Position numbers and translations under genes: made by a program. A stretch of 64,000 nt of DNA, from assembly GCA_944332395.1 (NCBI GenBank), contig CALVJV010000009.1, positions 27,288-91,287 of the forward strand. Reading direction: 5' to 3'. Of the stretch, positions 31,014 to 41,141 are shown piece after piece. The stretch is from an uncultured Clostridia bacterium (GTDB taxonomy: Bacteria; Bacillota; Clostridia; Christensenellales; UBA1242). Under the pieces are notes generated by a model. It was not told the DNA's origin. It searched no databases and was given only the letters and a program-made list of their open reading frames with translations. The stretch's first letter is position 1; every line of letters begins with the position of its first letter.

Positions 31014-32525
31014 ATGATTGAGTCGGAAAATTCTAATAAAAAAAAAAAGAAAAAAAATAAAAAAAATGATTTTGAAAAAAAATTAAATGAAAAAATCATA
31101 AATAATGATTTTTTAAGTACAGATAGCCAACTTGAAATAAATATTTCTAATATTGAAAATATTGTTGATTCGAATTTGGTTAAGTCTTCTATTGAGACAG
31201 AAACTTTAATTCCAGATAGTCTTATTTATTCCGGTAAAGAAAACAATAAGGTTGATTTAAATAAAGAAACTAATCAAAATTTGGACGTTAAACTTAAAGA
31301 AACCTCTGATTTGCCGGCCCATGACATTTCAGGGGAAGTGTTGCTTGACGAAAGTATTGTTGCTGCTGAATTTAAGAAAGCCGAGGAAACTCAAAAACCA
31401 AAAAGCAAGAAAAAAAATATTATTTTTAGTTTGATTTTTTTAGGTATTAATATAATTTTAGTTTCAATTATTGCAACTTCGTTAATTAAGTCTGCTGATG
31501 CTTCATTGATTGATGTCTTTTCTGCTCAGGGAAAACGGCTTTGGTGGCTTGCTTTGGCTTTTGGCTTTCTTGCAATTATGTTGCTTTCCGATGCTGCAGC
31601 TTTTTTTATACTTATTAAGAAGACAACAGGGAAATTTAGACCATGGTTGGCTTATAAAACAACGTCAATGGGCAAATATTACGAATCAGTTACGCCATTG
31701 GCTTTGGGTATGCAACCTGGCCAAATTGTGGAACTATCTAGAGGTGGAATATCTGCTGGGGTGGCGACAAGCATTCCAATTATGAAAATGATCATTTATA
31801 ATCTTATGAATGTCATTTTGGCTTTAATTTTTTTAATTGGGGTTGGAATGAAAATTCCATCTGGGGCAGAAAAGGATTTGGCTTATATTTTATTGGTTAT
31901 CTTTAAGGTTTTTGCCTATATTGGAGTTATTTTTAGTGGTAGTTTTATATTTATTATTATGTTAATTGCCAATTCAAAAATAGCTGGTAGATCCTTGGCT
32001 AGATTTGTAGTCAGAACAGGTTATAAATTAAGATTGGTAAAAAATTATCGAAATGCTTACAACAAGTTAATGAATTCTGTTCTAGAGTTTCAAAATTCAA
32101 TGAGCTATTTTAAAAAGAACAAGGGCACTTTATTGGCTGTTGTTGGTTTTACAGTACTATCCCTTTTAGCTATGGCGTCACTACCTTATGCTATAATTAT
32201 GGCTTTATCAAATGTAACTTTTTCGTCATTTGGAGAAGGGTTGTGGTTTTGGCTGGAGTGTGTTGCTAGATTTTATATATGCTTTCTTGCTGCGAGCTAC
32301 ATTCCATTGCCTGGCGGAACTGGAATGATGGAAATATCCTTTTTTGTTGTGTTTGGTGGTTCTAATTTTTTATGGACAAATATAGTTTGGGGATTTTTGT
32401 CATGGAGAATTATTTCTTATTATCTAATAATTGGCCAGGGTATTATAATGGTAATTATTGATACCACAAGGACAATTATTTCTGCACGAAAAAATAAACG
32501 AAATAAAGAAAAAGCAAAACTATAA
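31014..32525 (+). CDS. flippase-like (LPG-synthase TM / UPF0104) membrane protein with long Lys-rich N-terminal extension
   Basis: Polytopic C-terminal part with YYESVTPLALGMQPGQIVEL and PLPGGTGMME, typical of the flippase-like domain family. The upstream TTG (30960) lies inside the terminator hairpin, so ATG 31014 is preferred. Confidence 0.65.
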   Translation: MIESENSNKKKKKKNKKNDFEKKLNEKIINNDFLSTDSQLEINISNIENIVDSNLVKSSIETETLIPDSLIYSGKENNKVDLNKETNQNLDVKLKETSDLPAHDISGEVLLDESIVAAEFKKAEETQKPKSKKKNIIFSLIFLGINIILVSIIATSLIKSADASLIDVFSAQGKRLWWLALAFGFLAIMLLSDAAAFFILIKKTTGKFRPWLAYKTTSMGKYYESVTPLALGMQPGQIVELSRGGISAGVATSIPIMKMIIYNLMNVILALIFLIGVGMKIPSGAEKDLAYILLVIFKVFAYIGVIFSGSFIFIIMLIANSKIAGRSLARFVVRTGYKLRLVKNYRNAYNKLMNSVLEFQNSMSYFKKNKGTLLAVVGFTVLSLLAMASLPYAIIMALSNVTFSSFGEGLWFWLECVARFYICFLAASYIPLPGGTGMMEISFFVVFGGSNFLWTNIVWGFLSWRIISYYLIIGQGIIMVIIDTTRTIISARKNKRNKEKAKL

Positions 32526-32567
32526 ATTGTATTGATTAAATTTTTTTGATATGTCAATAATTTGTGC

Positions 32568-33026
32568 ATGAGGCGAATTATTGTTTTTTGTTTGTGTGCA
32601 TTATTTATTCTTCTGTTGGGGTTGTTCTTGTCGACAGAAGAATTTTCTTTTGCCCAATCTGATTCACACAAACCAGTTGTGTATAAAGTTTACATTTCTG
32701 TGATGTCAGAATTAATAGAGCTACCTGAAGATGCAAATGTAGAAGATTTGGGATTTTGTTATGAAATTTCAAGCAACTCAGAGATTTTAACCTACAAGAC
32801 TTATAAAACTTTAGGATATACTACGGTGTTTGCGTGTTCTAAAACAGACATTTACAGAATACTATCTCAAAACTCTATAAAAATTAATCAAACTTATAAT
32901 ATTGAAAATATAATTGTTTTTGAGGGCTTTATTCGAACAAATACTGGAGATTCAGATTCTGTACAAATTGCATATAACAATGGAATATTGTCGATTGGCT
33001 CGCCATTAATAATTGGGTCGTATTAA
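32568..33026 (+). CDS. secreted hypothetical protein, possibly YwmB (DUF1779)-like
   Basis: Signal peptide MRRIIVFCLCALFILLLGLF. The C-terminal ...ILSIGSPLIIGSY resembles the YwmB-family ending. This is a weak call. Confidence 0.3.
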   Translation: MRRIIVFCLCALFILLLGLFLSTEEFSFAQSDSHKPVVYKVYISVMSELIELPEDANVEDLGFCYEISSNSEILTYKTYKTLGYTTVFACSKTDIYRILSQNSIKINQTYNIENIIVFEGFIRTNTGDSDSVQIAYNNGILSIGSPLIIGSY

Positions 33027-33076
33027 GAAGTATAAATAATTAATTTTTGGCAATTATTATGTTGAGGTGATAAATT

Positions 33077-33709
33077 ATGGATGCAAAAATATTTTTTAAA
33101 AAACTAAAAGCTTTTACTAAGAGGAATTTTCCAGCGATGGCCGTTTCTTTTTGTTTAATATTTGCTTTGTCATTGGTTACAGCCGTAGCTGTTTTAAGAG
33201 TGCAAGAAAACCGACAAAATCAGTCTTTGCCTACTAATTCAACGCCAGAGCAGGTTGAACCAGATGTTCCAACAAACGTTGACACTGTTATTTCATTTGT
33301 TATGCCGGTTGAAGGGGCAACGGAAGGATTGCCTTTTGCTCAAGATTATTTGGTCAAGTATGAGACATTAAAAAAATGGCAGACGCATGAGGCGATTGAC
33401 TTTATTGCAATGGCGGGAACAAAAGTTGTAAGTGCCTATGACGGAAAAGTTGAATCTGTTTATAATGATTCATTGGAAGGTAATGTGGTTGTAATTGATC
33501 ATGGTAATAATTTAAAAACAGTTTATAAATCTCTTTCTTCGGATATTTTAGTAGAGCAAGGACAAGAGATTAAAGCAGGGGAGCAAATTGGATTTGTGTC
33601 TAATTCAGCAAGTTTTGAAGAATGGCTAGGAGCACATCTTCATTTTGAAGTGATTCAAAATGGAGAATATAAAAATCCTTATGATTTTTTGCCATCAACG
33701 AATAAATAA
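33077..33709 (+). CDS. M23 (LytM) family metallopeptidase, membrane anchored (SpoIIQ-like architecture)
   Basis: N-terminal TM helix, then HEAIDF (HxxxD), GNVVVIDHGNNLKTVYKSL and AHLHFEV (HxH). Confidence 0.85.
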   Translation: MDAKIFFKKLKAFTKRNFPAMAVSFCLIFALSLVTAVAVLRVQENRQNQSLPTNSTPEQVEPDVPTNVDTVISFVMPVEGATEGLPFAQDYLVKYETLKKWQTHEAIDFIAMAGTKVVSAYDGKVESVYNDSLEGNVVVIDHGNNLKTVYKSLSSDILVEQGQEIKAGEQIGFVSNSASFEEWLGAHLHFEVIQNGEYKNPYDFLPSTNK

Positions 33710-33736
33710 AAATGCGGTTTAACCGCATTTTTTATT
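33709..33736 (+). terminator. rho-independent terminator
   Basis: AAATGCGGTT / AACCGCATTT palindrome (33710-33730) followed by a T-run. Confidence 0.65.
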
Positions 33737-33781
33737 TTGAAATAAATTATTTTTTTGTATAATAAATCTGAGGATTTAATT

Positions 33782-35179
33782 ATGAAACACACAAAAATAG
33801 TTTGTACAATAGGCCCATCATCTAATAATGATAGAACTTTAAAAGAAATGATAAAAAATGGTATGAATGTCGCACGCCTTAATATGTCTCACGGCAGTTA
33901 TGATGAACATTTGGCAACCATAAGAAGATTAAAAAATTTAAGAGAGAGACTTAAAGTTCCACTTGGAGTTATGATTGATTTGAAAGGTCCAGAAATTAGA
34001 ATTGGTGAATTCGAGCATGGCTATGTTGAATTAAAGAAAAATCAAGAATTTAAATTAGTTAACAAAAAAATTATTGGAAATGAATTGGAAGTAAGTGTTT
34101 CTTCAGCAAGCCTATTCGAAAGAGTAAAGCCAAAACAAAAACTTTTATTAAGTGATGGATCTATCGAGTTAATAGTAAAAGAGACCTCAAAACAGGGTAT
34201 AATTTGTAGTGTTTTAGTAGGAGGGAAGTTGTGGAGTAATAAAAGTATTAATGCTCCGGGACTAAAATTGTTTGATTCTTATCTTTCAGAAGTTGATAAA
34301 TTGGATATTTTGTTTGGTTTGTCTGAAGGCATGGATTTTTTGGCTATTTCGTTTGTGCAATCAGAAAATGACGTCAGGGCTGTTAGAGAATTTTTGAAAG
34401 AGAATAATGGAGAAAAAGTTCAAATTATATCTAAAGTTGAAAGCGCTAAAGGAGTAAAAAACTTAAAAAACATTATAAAAAGTTCAGACGGAATTATGAT
34501 TGCTAGGGGTGATTTGGGTGTTGAAGTTGATTACGTAAAGTTGCCACATATCCAAAAATTAATGGCAAGGCAGGCTGTCGAATATGGCAAGTACGCAATT
34601 TGCGCAACACAAATGTTAGAAAGTATGATAAATAATTCAAAACCCACTAGAGCTGAGGTTACAGATGTGGCAAATGCAGTATTAGATGGTTGTGGCGCGG
34701 TAATGTTGAGTGGAGAGACTGCTATGGGTGGAAATCCGGCGCTATGCGTTAAAGTTATGAATTTAATAGTAAGTGAAAGTGAAAAATATATTGAAAATAT
34801 TCAATATGTTGATAGTCGCAATGTTGATATGTGTAAAAGCATATGCGATTCAAGCGTTGAGTCTGCAAAAAAATTAAGAGCGGCAGCGATTTTAACTGTT
34901 ACAAACTCGGGCCTTACAGCTAGGCAAATTTCTATAAAGCGCCCAAAGCAAATTATTGTTGCATACACACCAAGCCGTGAAGTTTACAATCAAATGTCAA
35001 TTTTGTTTGGAGTTGAGCCTTTTATAATAGAAAAAGAGAAAGACATTGATGGACTTTTGTTAAAAGCAAGAACCAAAGCAAAGGAACACGGAATAGTTAA
35101 AAATGGAGATTTGGTGGTTCAAACAATTGGTATTCCTTTGGGTGAGAAAACAAATGCAATAAAAATTAATATTATTTAA
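33782..35179 (+). CDS. pyk: pyruvate kinase
   Basis: MKHTKIVCTIGP, NMSHG, MIARGDLGVE and SGETA motifs. ATG 33782 (SD GAGGA) is preferred over the upstream TTG 33755. Confidence 0.93.
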   Translation: MKHTKIVCTIGPSSNNDRTLKEMIKNGMNVARLNMSHGSYDEHLATIRRLKNLRERLKVPLGVMIDLKGPEIRIGEFEHGYVELKKNQEFKLVNKKIIGNELEVSVSSASLFERVKPKQKLLLSDGSIELIVKETSKQGIICSVLVGGKLWSNKSINAPGLKLFDSYLSEVDKLDILFGLSEGMDFLAISFVQSENDVRAVREFLKENNGEKVQIISKVESAKGVKNLKNIIKSSDGIMIARGDLGVEVDYVKLPHIQKLMARQAVEYGKYAICATQMLESMINNSKPTRAEVTDVANAVLDGCGAVMLSGETAMGGNPALCVKVMNLIVSESEKYIENIQYVDSRNVDMCKSICDSSVESAKKLRAAAILTVTNSGLTARQISIKRPKQIIVAYTPSREVYNQMSILFGVEPFIIEKEKDIDGLLLKARTKAKEHGIVKNGDLVVQTIGIPLGEKTNAIKINII

Positions 35180-35876
35180 AAAGATTGTAACGATCTGGTG
35201 ATATTATTGCTTTAAACAAAACATCTTTTTTTACTTTGTTTTCTTTGATTGCCGTCTTTACAAAATTTTTCATTTCTTCGCGTTTTGTTGTTCCATCGAC
35301 AGGACAACTATTTTTTAATATTGGAAAATGTTTTGTTGCGTTTATGATATCTGTTTCATAGCAAAGTAATAAGGGTCTTATAATAGTAATATTTGTTTTA
35401 TCCAAGTGTGATTTTGGAGAAAATGTGGACAATCTGCCTTCGTAAAATAAAGACATAAAAAAGGTTTCAATTAAATCGTCTGCGTGATGCCCCAGAGCAA
35501 CTTTGTTTGCGCCTAGTTCTTTTGCATAAGTGCAAAGTATGCCTCTTCTCATTTTTGCACATAAAGCACAAGGATTTTTTTCTTTTCTTATTTCAAAAAC
35601 AACCTGATAAATATTTGATTTGTAAATATGAAGCGGAACATTATATTTTCTACAAAAGCTTTCCAAATTTTCAAATTTATTTTCGGGGTTGCCATTGTCG
35701 ACTATTATTGCAATTAACTCAAAATTTATCTTTAAATAACTTTTTAGTTTTGAAAGGCCAACTAATAAAGCTAAACTGTCTTTTCCGCCAGATAAACCAA
35801 CTGCAATTTTATCTCCATTTTGAATTAAATCATATTTTTCTATTGCTTTACGCATAAAACTTTCTATTTTTCGCAT
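35172..35876 (-). CDS. PP-loop ATPase, tRNA 2-thiocytidine biosynthesis TtcA family
   Basis: PP-loop VGLSGGKDSLAL and CALCAKMRRG. ATG at 35876 is preferred over TTG at 35882. The 3' end overlaps the pyk 3' end by 8 nt. Confidence 0.85.
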   Translation of the reverse strand: MRKIESFMRKAIEKYDLIQNGDKIAVGLSGGKDSLALLVGLSKLKSYLKINFELIAIIVDNGNPENKFENLESFCRKYNVPLHIYKSNIYQVVFEIRKEKNPCALCAKMRRGILCTYAKELGANKVALGHHADDLIETFFMSLFYEGRLSTFSPKSHLDKTNITIIRPLLLCYETDIINATKHFPILKNSCPVDGTTKREEMKNFVKTAIKENKVKKDVLFKAIISPDRYNLFK

Positions 35877-35993
35877 GGTCAAATTATAGCATAATAGTAT
35901 AATGAGTCAATAAAAATTGTAAAATTTGTTTTGATTAATTTGTTATATGCGTTATAATAATCTAAAACAAATACAAACTAAATATAGGTGAAT

Positions 35994-37712
35994 ATGAAAA
36001 AGATTTTGGTTGTGTTTTTTGGTTTGATCATGATTTTGCCTTTTGCTGCTTGTTCTTCTAAAAAGGAGATAGTCCCTGTCTCTGGAATAAGCTTTTATGA
36101 AAATGAAATTCAATTGAAAGTAGGAGAAAAAGAACAACTTCAATATAAAATATTCCCTTCTAATGCAACGAATAAATCTGTTCAATTTTTTTCCTCAGAT
36201 CCAACATCTGTAACGGTAGATGATAATGGTGAAGTTACATTAAACAAAAATCAGTCTGCGGTTATTACTATACGTACATTAGATGGGCTATTTGAATCTA
36301 CATGTATTGTTTCGCCATCGATTTTGCCCGAGAATATTATAGTTGATGAAACCAAAATGGAATTAAAATATGACCAACCATTATATAAATCTGTTTTTTT
36401 ATTATCTGTTGGCCAAACAAAAACTTTGCCAATTTTAACTACTCCGCAAGAGGCAGAGAAAGAAAATTTAAACATTTCTGTTTTAAGCGGGGACGCAAAT
36501 TGCTTAAAGATAGAGTATAGAGCTGATTGGCTTATTACGGGTGTTTCATCTGGTAAATGTGTTCTTCGAATTGGTTATAGAAATCAGAGCGATAAAGAAA
36601 TTTATGTTGATATTCCTGTTTGGGTTGATTATTCTCCTAATAATTATGAAATTTATCAAGCTGAAAAAGAAATTACAAATTATAGTTCTGTAAGTCTTGA
36701 GCTTGGAGCAAGTTCTTTATTGCGTTTGCATTTTTTGAGAGATAATCAATACATCTCACAAACATCAATAACCTATATTATTAGTGACGAATCAATTGCT
36801 AGTGTTGAGTTGATTAATACAGTGGAACAATTTAATAATGAAGGATTGATTGATGATATTGCTTTGTTTAACACTGCAAAGTACATAAAAATTACGCCTA
36901 AATCAGAGGGTGATTTTACACTTTATTTATTGAGTGATGCTTTAGATGAATCTGGAAATCCATATTCAATAACAATGAATTTTACGATTAACGATATTTG
37001 TGACGAGCTAGAAGTTAATGTTGTATCTGACTATATTGCTGCAGATGGCCGTCCTGTTGTTTTTGTTGGAAGCTCATTCTCATTAGATGTTAAACTTTTT
37101 TATACCGGAGCAGAATCGGGATTGACAGAAAAAAGGCCCGTTTCAATTGGAAATAGGATTGTTAATTATCAATATTCATCGATGGATGCTTGTTTTGAAG
37201 GAGTTGGCTCCAAAACTCTTGATGGATTGGTAGTAAAAACTAATACGAATCTATTTAATGCATTAGAAAATAATGATGGCTTTGTTTCTATATTGGTTTC
37301 TGTTCAAAAAAGCATAGATAGTGACGAGTATGTCGAAAAATCAGTAGAATTTTATGTGCAAAATTCAATTGAATCTTGTGTTTTGGTTTGTAAATATGAT
37401 TATTCAGTTTTAATAGATGGTGGAGAAGTTGTTTGTCCTGCAAGTGTTGGCTCGCAAATAAGTGGATTAAGTTGGTATTTAATTGATAAAAATGGAGAAG
37501 AACGACTTGTTATGTCGTTATTGAGTAATTCAGAGCAAAATTCTGTAATAAATCACACTATATGGTCTATTTTAGTAAAGCCTATGAATGATACGGTTTT
37601 AAATAGTGATTTAGTATGTCAATCAATAGACCAGTGTGAAGTCGTTGTTAGTTTATCGTGTGGTTTGAAAACAATAACTATGTCATTAATAATACATATA
37701 ATAGCCGAGTGA
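35994..37712 (+). CDS. surface lipoprotein with Big_2 domain(s)
   Basis: Signal peptide with lipobox PFAAC. Big_2 pattern ISFYENEIQLKVGEKEQLQYKIFPSNATNKSVQFFSSDPTSVTVDDNGEVT. ATG 35994 follows SD AGGTGA. Confidence 0.7.
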   Translation: MKKILVVFFGLIMILPFAACSSKKEIVPVSGISFYENEIQLKVGEKEQLQYKIFPSNATNKSVQFFSSDPTSVTVDDNGEVTLNKNQSAVITIRTLDGLFESTCIVSPSILPENIIVDETKMELKYDQPLYKSVFLLSVGQTKTLPILTTPQEAEKENLNISVLSGDANCLKIEYRADWLITGVSSGKCVLRIGYRNQSDKEIYVDIPVWVDYSPNNYEIYQAEKEITNYSSVSLELGASSLLRLHFLRDNQYISQTSITYIISDESIASVELINTVEQFNNEGLIDDIALFNTAKYIKITPKSEGDFTLYLLSDALDESGNPYSITMNFTINDICDELEVNVVSDYIAADGRPVVFVGSSFSLDVKLFYTGAESGLTEKRPVSIGNRIVNYQYSSMDACFEGVGSKTLDGLVVKTNTNLFNALENNDGFVSILVSVQKSIDSDEYVEKSVEFYVQNSIESCVLVCKYDYSVLIDGGEVVCPASVGSQISGLSWYLIDKNGEERLVMSLLSNSEQNSVINHTIWSILVKPMNDTVLNSDLVCQSIDQCEVVVSLSCGLKTITMSLIIHIIAE

Positions 37713-37763
37713 CTTTGTTTGGTGAAGGTTATTAAACTTTGCACAAAATTTTTAGGGCAAGTA

Positions 37764-37792
37764 TTGACAAATACAAATATAAAGTTTATAAT
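37764..37792 (+). promoter_or_regulatory. sigma-A type promoter
   Basis: TTGACA (37764-37769), 17 nt, TATAAT (37787-37792). SD AAAGGAG lies before ATG 37824. Confidence 0.6.
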
Positions 37793-37823
37793 TGACTTAT
37801 TAATGAAAGGAGATTTTTAGAGA

Positions 37824-40800
37824 ATGGAAAAGAAAACTATATGGGGTGCCATTTTCTTAAACTCGGCTTTAACGGTTGCGCTTGCTATTTATACAATAGT
37901 TGCAATCGTTTTAGGTTTTGCCAAAAAGCCAGAGGAAAGAACGGTGGCGCTTGCTCTTCGTGTAGATGATGAATATGTCTTTGAAGAGGGCGATATAACA
38001 TTTGAAGGATTAGGCGATATAATGGAACAAGTTGGTGATAAGTATATTGCTAAAAATCCAGGTGAATTTACTTGTGTCGTTGAGAAAAAAGAAGATTACA
38101 AAATCACATATAATGTTACGGTTTATGGTTATGGTCATGGTACGGCCGATCATCCATATAATATAACAAGTGTAAATCATCTTTTTGACTTAAAGCAAGA
38201 TGAGGCAAACGTGACAATATATGATCAATTGGACAAAGTGTATTCATTGAGAGCTGATATAGATCTTGAAGGAATGAATTGGGAGCCTATAGGTCAGTTG
38301 TTAGGTGATTACGAGTCTCAAATCGTAAAAAATGAAGATGATACATATACAAAAATTGGTCTCTCAACAGAAGAAAGACTAAAATATATGTTTACTGGTG
38401 AATTTATTGGAAATGATCATACCATAAACAATTTATTTATCCAGGTTACCGCTGATAATTTTTGGAATTATGCTGTGCCAAATTTTGTAGTTGGTTCAGA
38501 CAAAACAACAATTTCTGTTTCGGAAGTTTACATGTATGTTGGATTTTTTGGATATGCGAGAGATGCTAAGATTTCTGGTTTGAAATTTAACAATGCAGAG
38601 ATCATAGTTGCTAGTGAATTAACAAGCGGATAGTTTGTTACAACTATTTCCGAATTAGATGGTCAAGAATTATTAGTCAAAAATGCAATTTCAGAAGACG
38701 AAGGTGCTTTTTTATATACCTCGTCTGGTGTAGTAGTTGGTGGAATGAGAGAGACTATCGTTGGTACAGCAGAAGATGGCGTGGTTGTTGAAAATTCTAA
38801 ACTAACTGCTGGAAATGCATCTTCATATAATGGTATTGGCTTGTTGGCCGGTGAATTAACTTTATGTGATATTCAAAATGTTTCAATCAAAAATGCGCAA
38901 ATTACAGCAACAAGTCCTGTGACAATGGCTGGCGGTTTAGTCGGTAATGTTTGGAGATTGTACAATCAATCTGGATATTTTGTTGCAGATGATTTGGCAG
39001 AAGATGGTTCTGAAAAAGAAACTGTTATTGCTAATGTGTTGATGGAAAACATTGATATTATTGGTAATGCGCATGGCAATTCAGCGGTCGCTGGTGTTGC
39101 TGCTATATTTGAAGGAAGCACATTAAAAGATGTTACCGTTAATGAATTAAGTATTTCTGTTGATGATACAAATACAGATGGCATATCTAGTATAATTGCT
39201 GGAGCTGTTGGACGTTTAAGTAGCTTCTATACAAAAACAGGAACCGAGATCACAGTTTCAAGTCTTGAAAATGTTTCTATTAATGGTTCTATTACTGCTA
39301 TTGATAGTGACAATACAGCATTTAATGCGGCAGGTTTGGTTTTCTATTCAAATGAGGGATCAATAGTGAAAGATTCATCTTTTAATGGATCGATTACCGG
39401 AAAAAATGTTGCTGGAGCAGTCTTAGCTAACTGGGGATCTTTAACTTATACTGATTTGTTTGCAGGCAATGCTGTTAGTGCAGAGATATATGTATATCAA
39501 TCTGGCGCTGGATTAGTTTATAACAACTATGGAAGCGTTAGCGGATCGGAGTTGAGTAAAACAAAAGTTAATGTAAAAATAACTGAAGCTTCGATGATAA
39601 TTATACCTGCTTCATTCGAACATGACGACTTCATTATCGCTGGATTAGTATCAAATTTAGTAGGTGGAGTTGTTGAGAATTTTGAAGTAACATCTCAATT
39701 AATTGATCCAATTAATGGAGCTGGAGCTATAGGATTTGTTGGTGGAACAGAAAGAGTTACAATTAATGCTCCATATAAAACAAATGATCCAATGCAACCC
39801 ACAACCAATGTATATTCCTATAATGTATCAACAGATTTTAGTGGTGCAGTTGTAAAGAATATATCAACAGATGTAGAAATTAGAACAGTAGTTGAAAGAA
39901 AAAATGCTTCAACAAAAAGAGCCGCTGGTGTGATAGCTCTTGTTAAAGATAATTCTGTAATTAGCGAAATTTCTTCTAAAGGAAATATAAATGATTATGC
40001 AACTGATAATGCTTTGGTTTCTGGATACATTGTTGCAGGTATCATTGGAGAAGTAAATGGTAAAAAGATTGAAATTTCTGACGCTTCTACAGAAATGAGT
40101 GTAAAAGCAAATGTTTCTATTTTTCAACTTTCAAGTAAAGATGTTTCATTTGTTGCTGGAGCTATTGGCGTTGTAACACAAACTGGTTCTGAAGCTGGAG
40201 ATGAAATAAAACTTAATGCATTTACAGTAAAATCAAGTGATTCAATAAAAACAATTAAAAACAATTTAGGTTATGCACAAAATGGATATCCTAATCCGTA
40301 TGAAATTAATACAGCATTGGCTTCTGTTGCTGGCCTTATTGCTAGAGTACAAGGATTATCAACAATTAAGGTTTCAATAAGTAACTTTATTTTAGAAAAT
40401 TATGAAGTTTCAGCATATAACATTGCTAGTGCGGGATTTGGTATTGTTACAAATGCAACAATAGAAAATGTTGAGATTAATGCTACAAAAGTTGCAGGCG
40501 CTGTAGTGTCTGGTATGGTAGGATCTGTGCAAGATTCGACATTAAAAAAGACTGGTGTTGAATTATTAGCTTGTGAAGTATATACTCATGGTGAAAAACA
40601 AAGATTTGCTGGATATGCTTCTGATGTAAAAGGAACAGTTTTAGTTGAAAATGCTTATGTAATAATTCCAACGGACAAGACGGATTTTTCATCAGAAATT
40701 TATGTAAACACTATTTTGGCAGCTTTAGCTATTCAAGATAATAGTTCTAGTGCAACTTACAAAAATGTTGTTTGTTATGTTAATGTAAAAAATGCTACAG

Positions 40801-41027
40801 CAGAAGTTGGTTTAGTGCAGGGCATTACTGGCGAGTCAACATCTTCATATGAAAATGTTAAAAAGTTGAGCGAGAATACCGAAGCGGCATCAATGCCCGA
40901 AGGGGCTCAGGCCTTAACTGAAGATCAAATGAAAGATGCGGCCAATTTTAATGGTTTTGATTTCTCGGCAATTTGGAAGATCGAAGAAGAAGGAAAGTGT
41001 CCAACTTTTATTGAAAGTGCAGAATAA
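37824..41027 (+). pseudogene. GLUG-motif beta-helix surface protein, N-terminally membrane anchored, interrupted by one in-frame TAG (ORFs 37824-38633 and 38745-41027)
   Basis: Both ORFs are in the same frame. The only stop is TAG at 38631-38633, and the 37 codons between it and the first downstream ATG are open and continue the repeat pattern (SGVVVGGM). The N-terminal module is GHGTADHPYNITSVNHLFDL...DIDLEGMNWEPIG...FTGEFIGNDHTINNL. It is followed by many GL(V/I)G-type repeats (AGGLVGNV, GAGLVYNNYG, IAGLVSNLVGG, VAGLIARV). Confidence 0.6.
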
Positions 41028-41039
41028 AAATAAATTTTT

Positions 41040-41067
41040 AAGGGCTTTTGAAAGAAAGCCCTTTTTG
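41040..41067 (+). terminator. rho-independent terminator
   Basis: AGGGCTTT (41041-41048), loop TGAAAG, AAAGCCCT (41055-41062), then a T-run. Confidence 0.65.
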
Positions 41068-41141
41068 TTTGACTTTTTTGTTTTGTTCTTATAAAATCAA
41101 ATAGTAATAATAGAACTTTTGGGAATACTAGGAATTGAATT

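Noticed and set aside
38631-38633. Genome-wide reassignment of TAG (or TGA) as a sense codon
   Set aside because: TAG ends trxB, the M14 peptidase gene and the TSUP gene at positions consistent with full-length proteins. TGA ends pth, tadA and others. Long conserved genes read cleanly under the standard code.
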